This document shows positions 34,341 through 40,941 of a DNA stretch of 64,000 bases, in pieces. The position numbers were made by a program, and so were the translations under genes. Source of the DNA: Acidobacterium sp. (GTDB lineage Bacteria; Acidobacteriota; Vicinamibacteria; Vicinamibacterales; UBA2999). Under the pieces are notes generated by a model. It worked only from the letters and a program-made list of their open reading frames with translations, had not been told where the DNA came from and ran no database searches. Positions within the stretch are counted from its first letter, which is position 1; every line of letters starts with the position of its first letter. The stretch lies in assembly GCA_002737365.1 (NCBI GenBank), contig NSIL01000003.1, positions 135,078 through 199,077 on the forward strand. The letters run 5' to 3'.

Positions 34341-35390
34341 ATGAAGATCGGCAATATCGAACTCGACTCGCCGTTTGTCGTCTCGCCCATGGCGGGCATG
34401 ACCGACACGGCGTTTCGCCGCCTGGTGAAGCGCCAGGGCGGTTGCGGGCTCGTGGTGTCCGAGATGGTCAGCAGCGAGGGGCTCGTCCGCGGCATCGATC
34501 GCACGCTCGAGTACGCCGAGTACACCGAAGAAGAGCGTCCCGTCTCGATCCAGATCTTTGGCGGCGAGCCCGCGAAAATGGCCGAGGCTGCGCGCGTCGT
34601 CGAGGCGATGGGCGCCAACATCGTTGACGTGAACATGGGCTGCCCGGTGCCTAAGATCGCCAGACACAACGCCGGCTGCAGCCTGATGCGCGAGCCGCAG
34701 CACGCTGCCGAGATCATCGCCGCCATGACGAAGGCGGTGAAGATTCCGGTCACCGTCAAGATGCGCAAGGGCTGGGATGATGGCGAGGTGAATGCGCCGG
34801 AGCTGGCGAAGCGGGTGGAAGCGGCGGGCGCGGCGGCGATTGCCGTGCACGGGCGCACCGCGAAGCAAAGCTACAGCGGTTTCGCCGACTGGGATGTGGT
34901 CGCCGGCATTGCCCGTTCGGTCAGCATTCCGGTGTTCGGCTCGGGCGACTGCATCGAGCCCGAAGACATCGTGACCCGCATGCGGAGCGGCGTGAGCGGC
35001 GTGTTCGTGGGCCGCGGCGTGCTGCGCAACCCGTGGATTCTCGCCCAGGCGCGCGACCTGATGGCCGGCCGCCCGGCCCGCCAGATCACCGACGAAGAGC
35101 GCGGCCAGTTCCTGCTGGACTACATGGAGCTGTTGTTGGCCGACGAAAAGGGTGAACAAGATGGGTTCAGGCACCTGGTTCTTCAAGCCTCAAGCCCCAG
35201 GCCCCAGGCCTCGAAAGAGCGCTGGGTCGTCAACAAGCTCCGCGCGCTGTGCACGTGGTACACGAAGGGCTTCGATGGCGGCGCGCAGTTCCGCATTGGC
35301 GTGAACGAGGCCAAGTCGGTGGCCGAAGTAGAAACCTTGATCGAGGATTTCTTCTTTTCCCGGATCCCGGACCCCGGACCCCGATCATGA
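34341..35390 (+). CDS. dusB: tRNA-dihydrouridine synthase (NifR3/DusB family)
   Basis: ..SPMAGMTDTAFRRL.., DVNMGCPVPKI, TVKMRKGWD, AIAVHGRTAKQSY. 349 aa. Confidence 0.9.
   Translation: MKIGNIELDSPFVVSPMAGMTDTAFRRLVKRQGGCGLVVSEMVSSEGLVRGIDRTLEYAEYTEEERPVSIQIFGGEPAKMAEAARVVEAMGANIVDVNMGCPVPKIARHNAGCSLMREPQHAAEIIAAMTKAVKIPVTVKMRKGWDDGEVNAPELAKRVEAAGAAAIAVHGRTAKQSYSGFADWDVVAGIARSVSIPVFGSGDCIEPEDIVTRMRSGVSGVFVGRGVLRNPWILAQARDLMAGRPARQITDEERGQFLLDYMELLLADEKGEQDGFRHLVLQASSPRPQASKERWVVNKLRALCTWYTKGFDGGAQFRIGVNEAKSVAEVETLIEDFFFSRIPDPGPRS
35181..35215 (-). repeat. Five-unit CYTCAAG/CCCCAGG heptamer array inside dusB
   Basis: CTTCAAG CCTCAAG CCCCAGG CCCCAGG CCTCGAA encodes LQASSPRPQAS in the C-terminal helical domain. 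Confidence 0.85.
35359..35386 (-). repeat. CCGGATC/CCGGACC heptamer array forming the dusB C-terminus
   Basis: CC CGGATCC CGGACCC CGGACCC CGATC encodes SRIPDPGPRS. Abuts the ATGA stop/start overlap with the next gene. Confidence 0.9.
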
Positions 35391-36424
35391 TCCCCGAAAT
35401 TGTCATCGGCGAGCGAAGAGTCGGGCGAGCCCACATCCCGTTAGTCGTCGCCGAAATCGGCATCAACCACGAGGGCAGCCTTGCCGTGGCGCGCGAGATG
35501 GTGGATGCCGCCGCGCGCGCCGGGGTCGAAGTCGTCAAGCATCAGACCCACGTTGTTGACGATGAGATGAGCGGCGCCGCCAAGAAGGTGGTGCCGGGCA
35601 ACGCCGACGTGTCGATTTACGAGATCATGCGACGCTGCGCGCTGTCCGAAGACGATGAGCGGGCGCTGAAGGAATACGTCGAGTCGAAGGGCATGATCTT
35701 CATGAGCACGCCGTTCTCGCGCGCGGCAGCGGATCGGCTCGAGCGGATGAACGTGGCGGCGTACAAGATCGGCTCCGGTGAGTGCAACAACTACCCGCTG
35801 TTGAAACACATCGCGTCATTCGGCAAGCCCACGATTCTCAGCACGGGCATGAACACGATCGAGAGCGTGGCCAAGGCCGTGGCGATTTTCGAACAGACCG
35901 GCACGCCGTGCGCGCTGCTCCACACGACCAACCTGTATCCGACGCCGCCCCACCTGGTTCGGCTCGGTGCGATGGTGCAGTTGGGCCAGGCATTCCCGTC
36001 GGCGGTGATCGGCTTGTCGGATCACACCACCGACAACGTTGCGTGCATCGGCGCCATGGCGCTCGGCGCGTCGATCGTGGAGCGTCACTTCACCGACCAC
36101 ATGCAGCGCGTCGGTCCCGACATTGTCTGCTCGATGGATGAACATCGTTGTCGCGAGTTGATCGAGGCGGCGCACACGCTCCACGCCGAGCTGGGCGGCA
36201 CCAAGGGTCGGTTGAAGGAAGAGCAGGTCACCATGGACTTCGCGTTCGCGACGGTGGTGACGATTCAGCCGGTCAAGTCCGGCGAGAGCTTCACCAGGCA
36301 GAACCTATGGGTGAAGCGGCCGGGTACTGGCGCCATTCCGGCAGAACGCTACGAAGAGGTGTTGGGCAGGCCCTCCAAACGCGACATCCCAGCCGACACG
36401 CACCTGACCGCGGACGACGTCTAG
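35387..36424 (+). CDS. NeuB/PseI/LegI-family sialic-acid-type (nonulosonate) synthase with SAF domain
   Basis: ATG 35387 (MIPEIVIGERRVG..PLVVAEIGINHEGS) is in frame with track ORF 35249. ..YKIGSGECNNYPLL.., ..SDHT... C-terminal SAF-like ..NLWVKRPGTG.. Confidence 0.85.
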   Translation: MIPEIVIGERRVGRAHIPLVVAEIGINHEGSLAVAREMVDAAARAGVEVVKHQTHVVDDEMSGAAKKVVPGNADVSIYEIMRRCALSEDDERALKEYVESKGMIFMSTPFSRAAADRLERMNVAAYKIGSGECNNYPLLKHIASFGKPTILSTGMNTIESVAKAVAIFEQTGTPCALLHTTNLYPTPPHLVRLGAMVQLGQAFPSAVIGLSDHTTDNVACIGAMALGASIVERHFTDHMQRVGPDIVCSMDEHRCRELIEAAHTLHAELGGTKGRLKEEQVTMDFAFATVVTIQPVKSGESFTRQNLWVKRPGTGAIPAERYEEVLGRPSKRDIPADTHLTADDV

Positions 36425-36512
36425 TCCGACTGTGAAGTGCCACACCGCTCCATGACCACCGCGAACCCGGCTATATAGCGCTGGGCCGCGACAACCCAGA
36501 CGTTTGACGAGA

Positions 36513-36854
36513 CTACAGCAAGTCCGTGACGCAACCGGCGTCAACAGTCGTGTAATCGTAAACCAGGGCCGCATCGACCGACTCGAAGAAGCGGCGGCCC
36601 AACTCCTGGTGCTGCGGGTGATCCAGGTAGACGCGTAGATCTGCTTCGGAATCGAACTCGATGATGGCCGAGTACTCAAAGTGCTCGGCCATTTGTGTTT
36701 CGTAGCCACGCCCGAGCAGGATGCGCTTGCCGATGCGTACGCGCTTGATCTCGGGGATGCCGGTGAAGGCGACGCGCATGGAATCGAGCAACGCATTGAG
36801 CTCGCGCTCAGTCAGCGTGGCGCGCGGCTTCAACAAGACGACGTGCGAGACCAT
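36513..36854 (-). CDS. Dabb (stress-responsive alpha/beta barrel) domain protein
   Basis: MVSHVVLLKPRA..FEYSAIIEFDSEADLRVYLDHPQHQEL. The start is moved to ATG 36854, because upstream MDSGPRIPDPAL is repeat-derived. Confidence 0.7.
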   Translation of the reverse strand: MVSHVVLLKPRATLTERELNALLDSMRVAFTGIPEIKRVRIGKRILLGRGYETQMAEHFEYSAIIEFDSEADLRVYLDHPQHQELGRRFFESVDAALVYDYTTVDAGCVTDLL

Positions 36855-36860
36855 TAGAGC

Positions 36861-36888
36861 GGGATCCGGGATCCGGGGCCCGGAATCC
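36861..36888 (+). repeat. GGGATCC GGGATCC GGGGCCC GGAATCC array 6 nt upstream of the Dabb start
   Basis: Four heptamer units between the stop of the basic-repeat gene (36907) and the Dabb ATG (36854). Confidence 0.85.
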
Positions 36889-36906
36889 AAAGAGTACTTG
36901 TCATCA

Positions 36907-37980
36907 TCACGGTTTACGCGGCTTCGACGAGCGGGCGCGAATGGTCGCCTTCACGCGCGTCCACTTCGCCTTCTTCGCATCCTTGTACTTCTGCTTCGGA
37001 TCCACGTGCTCGCCGCCCGGACGCCACTTGTCGTCGCGCTTGGCCTCGATGCCGAGCGACTTCTTGTACTCGGCCTTGGGCACCCATTTACGCTTCGGCG
37101 CATCGGGATCGCGCGGCGCGAAGCCGGCGTTAGGACCACCCGGGCGCGACTCGGCCTTGGGGGACCAATCGAGCTTCTGCTCGCGCGCCTTGCTGCTTCG
37201 GGTCGGGCCGGCGCCCTCGTCCTTAGGGGTGTAGGACTTGGGACGGAACGACGAGCGCGCCTGCTCGCGCGCAGTGCCGCTGGGCTTGCCCTTCCACGCG
37301 GGTTTACCCACCGTAGCTTTAGCGAAGGCGGGCTTTTCGCCCCAACCGGAGGCATGGCCGGCCTCCTTGGGCTTGAACGTGCCCTTGGGCTTCCATTCAG
37401 GCTTCCGATCGCTCTTGGCCTGGCCTTTCCATGCGGGCTTGTCCTCGCGATCGCCGAACGACGTGCGAGCAGACGCGCCTTTGGGCTTCCAGGCAGGTTT
37501 GTCGCCGGACGCAGACCGGTGACCGGCCTCTTTCGGTTCGAACGTACCCTTGGGTTTCCAAGCGGGTTTACCCTCCGAAGCGCCTGAGGAGCGTGGCGCG
37601 AAGGAGGGCTTGTCGTCGCCATCGCCAAACGACTTACGCGGGGCGGGCTTGAACGAACTGCGGGTCTTCCACTCGGGCTTGGCATTCCACGCCCGCTCGG
37701 GTTGGCCGGATTCCGGATTCCGGACCCCGGACCCCGGATCCCGGTCCTTCGCCTGGCGCGGATCCTTCTCGCGGCCGCGGTCGCCACGCGCGCGCATGAA
37801 CTCTTGTGCGTCGTGACGCGATGACCAGAGCTGGCCATTCTGGAACCATTTCAGTTCGGCCGAGGGCTGCTTCTCCTTCAATCGGTTGAAGGTCGGCATG
37901 ATGTCTTCGAGCGCACCCGACCGAAAGGCCGTGGGTTGGCCGTCGACGATAATGGTCCAGTACGCGTAACGAGGAGGCAC
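36907..37980 (-). CDS. Highly basic Lys/Pro/Trp-rich repeat protein with a small N-terminal globular domain (unknown family)
   Basis: Lys-rich composition is unexpected for a shadow ORF in GC-rich DNA. Repeats KPAWKPKG / KPEWKPKGTF(E/K)PKEAGH. Start set at GTG 37980 (VPPRYAYWTIIVDGQPTAF..). The ORF track extends to 38109. Confidence 0.55.
   Translation of the reverse strand: MPPRYAYWTIIVDGQPTAFRSGALEDIMPTFNRLKEKQPSAELKWFQNGQLWSSRHDAQEFMRARGDRGREKDPRQAKDRDPGSGVRNPESGQPERAWNAKPEWKTRSSFKPAPRKSFGDGDDKPSFAPRSSGASEGKPAWKPKGTFEPKEAGHRSASGDKPAWKPKGASARTSFGDREDKPAWKGQAKSDRKPEWKPKGTFKPKEAGHASGWGEKPAFAKATVGKPAWKGKPSGTAREQARSSFRPKSYTPKDEGAGPTRSSKAREQKLDWSPKAESRPGGPNAGFAPRDPDAPKRKWVPKAEYKKSLGIEAKRDDKWRPGGEHVDPKQKYKDAKKAKWTRVKATIRARSSKPRKP
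37706..37747 (-). repeat. Six-unit heptamer array inside the basic-repeat gene
   Basis: CCGGATT CCGGATT CCGGACC CCGGACC CCGGATC CCGGTCC (plus strand) encodes DRDPGSGVRNPESG on the minus strand. Confidence 0.9.
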
Positions 37981-37998
37981 GAAGTATCCTAACGTGGA

Positions 37999-38730
37999 AT
38001 GGAGCTGGTGGTCGCCCGGATCGACGAGTTGCGCGTGCGGCTGACCGAGGCCTTCGAGCGGTGGGCTGGCGACGATCCAGGCGACCCTAAAAGGTTGCCT
38101 CCACCACAACTTAGCTGCGCTCTATCTGGTGGCGCGACCGCCCTGATTTTTCTTGGCGCCCTCAAGAACGCCACCGTCGACTGGTCGCGCATCTCCCTGT
38201 TCTGGGCGGATGAGCGTGCCGTCCCCGCCAACGACCTGGAATCAAACTACGGCATCGCGCACCGGATGCTGCTTGAGCCGTTGGGCGCGACGGCGCCGCG
38301 CGCGTTCCCGATGGTCTTCGACCCCACGCTCGATCGCCCAGGACACTCTGGTCTCGGCGCCGCCGCGACTAACTACGACACGCTGCTCGCCCGCGAGCTC
38401 GGAAGCCGCGCGATGGACCTGGCGCTGCTGGGCGTCGGCGAGGACGGCCACATCTGCTCGCTTTTCCCCGGCCATCGCGCGCTGATGGCCGACGACCTGC
38501 GCGTGGTCGCCGTCGAAGCCGCGCCGAAGCCGCCGGCCCGCCGGCTCACGCTGTCGCTGCCGTTCGTGCTGCGCACGAAGAAGATCTGGCTGGTTGCCAT
38601 CGGCCCACGCAAGCTGCCGGTTCTGCACGCGGCCCTGTCAAGGACGCAACGGAAGACGCCGCTGGATCTGCTGTTGCATCAGGCGAAGGATGTGACGGTG
38701 TTTACGGATCAGACGATTCGCAGACAGTGA
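37999..38730 (+). CDS. pgl: 6-phosphogluconolactonase
   Basis: ..CALSGGATALIFL..W..ISLFWADERAVP..D.ESNYG.., ..LLGVGEDGHICSLFPGH... The start is uncertain (ATG 37999 is only 18 nt from the divergent gene). Confidence 0.75.
   Translation: MELVVARIDELRVRLTEAFERWAGDDPGDPKRLPPPQLSCALSGGATALIFLGALKNATVDWSRISLFWADERAVPANDLESNYGIAHRMLLEPLGATAPRAFPMVFDPTLDRPGHSGLGAAATNYDTLLARELGSRAMDLALLGVGEDGHICSLFPGHRALMADDLRVVAVEAAPKPPARRLTLSLPFVLRTKKIWLVAIGPRKLPVLHAALSRTQRKTPLDLLLHQAKDVTVFTDQTIRRQ
38080..38099. repeat. Degenerate copy of the palindromic element (GGCGACCCTAAAAGGTTGCC)
   Basis: The reverse complement GTGGAGGCAACCTTTTAGGGTCGCC resembles GTGGCGACAAACTTTTAGGTTTGTCG. Read as DPKRLP in pgl, or WRQPFRV on the other strand. 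Confidence 0.5.
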
Positions 38731-38767
38731 GCATCACACCTCTGCCGCGTGATGCTTCCTGAGCTCT

Positions 38768-40132
38768 CTACATCCGCTTAAGCTTCTCCACTAACGTTGT
38801 CCGCTTTAGTCCGAGCAGGCGCGCAGCGGCGCCGCGGTTCTGTGCCGTACGCGTCAGCGCGCGATCGATGAGGCCCTTCTCGATCTGCGCGATCAATGCC
38901 GGCAGGTCGAGACCTTTTTCGGGGAGGTCAAGCGACGGTGCCGCGGCATCGGTCTCCACGGGTTGCAGGTCTGGTGGCAGATCCGTCAGCTCGACCTGCG
39001 TGCGCCCGCCGAGCATGGCGAGTGCGCGTTCGATGGCGTTCTCCAATTGCCTGACATTACCTGGCCATGCGTGTGCCATTAACCTGCGCATGGCCTCTTG
39101 CGAGACTGTCGGGATCCGGGGTCCGGGATCCCGATCAGAAAACTTCTGCAGGAAGTTTTGCACGAGCGGTGGAATATCGTCTGGACGGTCGCGTAGCGGC
39201 GTGAGCTGCACGGCGATCACGTTGAGGCGATAGTACAGGTCCTCTCGGAACGTCCCGTCTTTCACCATCTTCGCCAGGTCGGCGTTGGTGGCGGCGACGA
39301 TGCGAACGTCGACTTTGATGGTGCGGTTGTCGCCAAGGCGCTCGAACTCGCGTTCCTGCAGCACGCGCAGCATCTTCATTTGCAGCGCCATCGGCATGGT
39401 GCCCACTTCGTCAAGAAACAGCGTGCCCTTGTCGGCCTGCTCGAGCCGGCCCTGCCGCATGGCCACCGCCCCGGTGAACGCGCCACGAGCGTGGCCGAAC
39501 AGCTCGGCATCGAGCAACGTCTCGGGAATGGCGCTGACGTTGATCGCGACAAAACGTTCGCGATGCCTCGGGCTGGTCTGATGGATCGCGCGCGCGACCA
39601 TCTCCTTGCCGGTGCCCGTTTCGCCGCTGATCAGGATCGTCGCCGGGGTTGGCGCGACCGTCTCGATCAACTGAAACAACGCGCGCATCGCCGCGCTTTT
39701 GCCGACCATCGATCCCAGGCCGAAGCGTTCATCCAACTGCTGATGCAAGTACGCGTTCTCGCTCTTCAGGCGCTTCTGCTCGAGTGCGTTGGTCAGCACG
39801 TGCATCAGCTCGTCGAACTGAAACGGCTTCGAGATGAAGTCGGCGGCGCCGCGCTTGATGATGTCGACCGCGTCCTTCACGGTGCCGTAGCCGGTCACGA
39901 CGATGGCGACGATGCCGGGGTAGCGGGTGAGGGCGGCGTCAATGACCTGGCGGCCGTCGACGCCCGGCAGGCGGAGATCCGAGACGATCACGTCAAAAGC
40001 AAAACCGTCGAGTGCCTTAAGGGCTGATTCGCCGTCGGCGGCCTGGACCACTTCGAAGCCATGGTCCATAAGTCGTTCTGCGACAACACTTCGCAGCGAA
40101 TCCTCGTCATCGACCAGCAGCAGGTGAGCCAT
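38768..40132 (-). CDS. Sigma-54-dependent response regulator (NtrC family: REC - AAA+ - Fis HTH)
   Basis: REC (LLLVDDEDSL..VIVSDLRLPGVDG..SKPF), AAA+ (ISGETGTGKEMVA, GAFTGA, ..WPGNVRQLEN), C-terminal ..AARLLGLKRTTLVEKLKR. Confidence 0.92.
   Translation of the reverse strand: MAHLLLVDDEDSLRSVVAERLMDHGFEVVQAADGESALKALDGFAFDVIVSDLRLPGVDGRQVIDAALTRYPGIVAIVVTGYGTVKDAVDIIKRGAADFISKPFQFDELMHVLTNALEQKRLKSENAYLHQQLDERFGLGSMVGKSAAMRALFQLIETVAPTPATILISGETGTGKEMVARAIHQTSPRHRERFVAINVSAIPETLLDAELFGHARGAFTGAVAMRQGRLEQADKGTLFLDEVGTMPMALQMKMLRVLQEREFERLGDNRTIKVDVRIVAATNADLAKMVKDGTFREDLYYRLNVIAVQLTPLRDRPDDIPPLVQNFLQKFSDRDPGPRIPTVSQEAMRRLMAHAWPGNVRQLENAIERALAMLGGRTQVELTDLPPDLQPVETDAAAPSLDLPEKGLDLPALIAQIEKGLIDRALTRTAQNRGAAARLLGLKRTTLVEKLKRM
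39111..39132 (+). repeat. GGGATCC GGGGTCC GGGATCC array inside the NtrC-like AAA+ domain
   Basis: Exactly three units (21 nt) encode DRDPGPRIP between FLQKF and SQEAMRRL..WPGNVRQLEN. Confidence 0.9.
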
Positions 40133-40175
40133 GGATTGTCAGGATATTGACGCCCACCGTTGCCATTGTCAAGCC

Positions 40176-40191
40176 GGGAACCGGAACTGCA
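40176..40191 (+). promoter_or_regulatory. Possible sigma-54 (-24/-12) promoter divergent from the NtrC-like gene
   Basis: GGGAACCGGAACTGCA. GG (40177-78) and GC (40189-90) are separated by 10 nt as in TGGCAC-N5-TTGCW. Flanking bases match the consensus only partly. About 50 nt upstream of the HTH gene. Confidence 0.3.
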
Positions 40192-40243
40192 CACCTAATC
40201 TCACGCTGGCAAGGTCCGATACAACCCTGTGGAGGCAACCCTA

Positions 40244-40441
40244 GTGGAACGGCAAACAGTCAGCATCATGAAGGCATGCGAGATGGTCGGCGTCAGCCGG
40301 CGCACCATTTACAACTGGATCGCGGCAAACAAGGTCGAGTACCTGCGCACCGCCGGTGGCAGCATCCGGATCTTCGTTGACACGCTGTGGCGCGAGCCCG
40401 ATGGCACGAAGCACCCGAACAGTCCCAATGCCGTCTCGTAA
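40244..40441 (+). CDS. Small excisionase-family (MerR-like HTH_17) DNA-binding protein
   Basis: ..MKACEMVGVSRRTIYNWIAANKVEYLRTAGGSIRIF... GTG 40244 has GGAGG 8 nt upstream. The track start is 40229. Confidence 0.6.
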   Translation: MERQTVSIMKACEMVGVSRRTIYNWIAANKVEYLRTAGGSIRIFVDTLWREPDGTKHPNSPNAVS

Positions 40442-40460
40442 GGCGCACTGAAGTGCGCCT
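40441..40460. repeat. Mini-hairpin AGGCGCAC-TGAA-GTGCGCCT at the HTH gene stop
   Basis: Perfect 8-bp arms. Same CTGAAG core as the copy at 56014. Confidence 0.75.
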
Positions 40461-40494
40461 CTACGAAACGCCCCTGACAGAACAAAGGCAAGCA

Positions 40495-40692
40495 ATGGCA
40501 GGAGAAGATTCTCGCGAACTCCTCCACCGGCTAAACAACCAGCTCGGCGTGATTCTCGCGCACGCCGAGTTGCTTGAAACCAAGGCGCAAGACGCCTCGC
40601 AGAGGGCGCGCGCGTCGCAAGTGGTGAGCGCGGCGCTCCAGGCCATGGCCGTGTCGCGCGAATTGCGTGAGACGGTCGCCGACCCGAAATAA
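40495..40692 (+). CDS. 65-aa stand-alone DHp-like (histidine-kinase dimerisation/phosphoacceptor) protein
   Basis: MAGEDSRELLHRLNNQLGVILAHAELLE.. matches the H-box pattern H-[DE]-x-N-N-x-L-x-x-I-L-G-x-A-E-L, followed by a second helix. There is no ATPase domain. Inside track ORF 40387..40692. Confidence 0.45.
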   Translation: MAGEDSRELLHRLNNQLGVILAHAELLETKAQDASQRARASQVVSAALQAMAVSRELRETVADPK

Positions 40693-40902
40693 CGGGGCCC
40701 GGGCTCCGGAATACAGAAACCTTTCTAACGCCAAATAATTGACATTTCAATAATCAGAATCGCCAATAAAATGGCGGTTCTCGATTCTCATCTCACCCGC
40801 CAATCGCCCGCGCGGTGCTGCGCATAGCCGTATAAGTGACTGAATTTTTAGACACTTAACCAATCTCCTGCACACTGCTGACCGAACTGACACAGCTCAG
40901 GC

Positions 40903-40934
40903 ATCTCCTTTGCGTTAGCGCAGGCAACGGAGAT
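40903..40934 (+). promoter_or_regulatory. Hairpin pairing the Shine-Dalgarno of the sigma-factor gene
   Basis: ATCTCC (40903-08) pairs with GGAGAT (40929-34). Inner TGCG-TTAG-CGCA. The ATG is at 40942. Confidence 0.25.
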
Positions 40935-40941
40935 TCTTGAG

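Noticed and set aside
36951-37838. Alternative 295-aa minus-strand frame and 288-aa plus-strand ORF (36721..37587) over the basic-repeat gene
   Set aside because: Both are Arg/Pro/Ser/Ala-rich, as expected for off-frames. The chosen frame is Lys-rich against the GC bias and has a plausible globular N-terminus.
40244-40441. Excisionase-family HTH as a sign of a prophage or integrative element
   Set aside because: There is no integrase, att-like repeats, tRNA target or phage genes nearby. The gene sits in a signalling cluster, and small HTH_17 proteins are common stand-alone regulators.
40739-40767. TTGACA followed by a possible -10 in the AT-rich region upstream of the sigma-factor gene
   Set aside because: With 17-nt spacing the -10 candidate is GCCAAT (3 of 6 matches to TATAAT). 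That is not convincing without TSS data.
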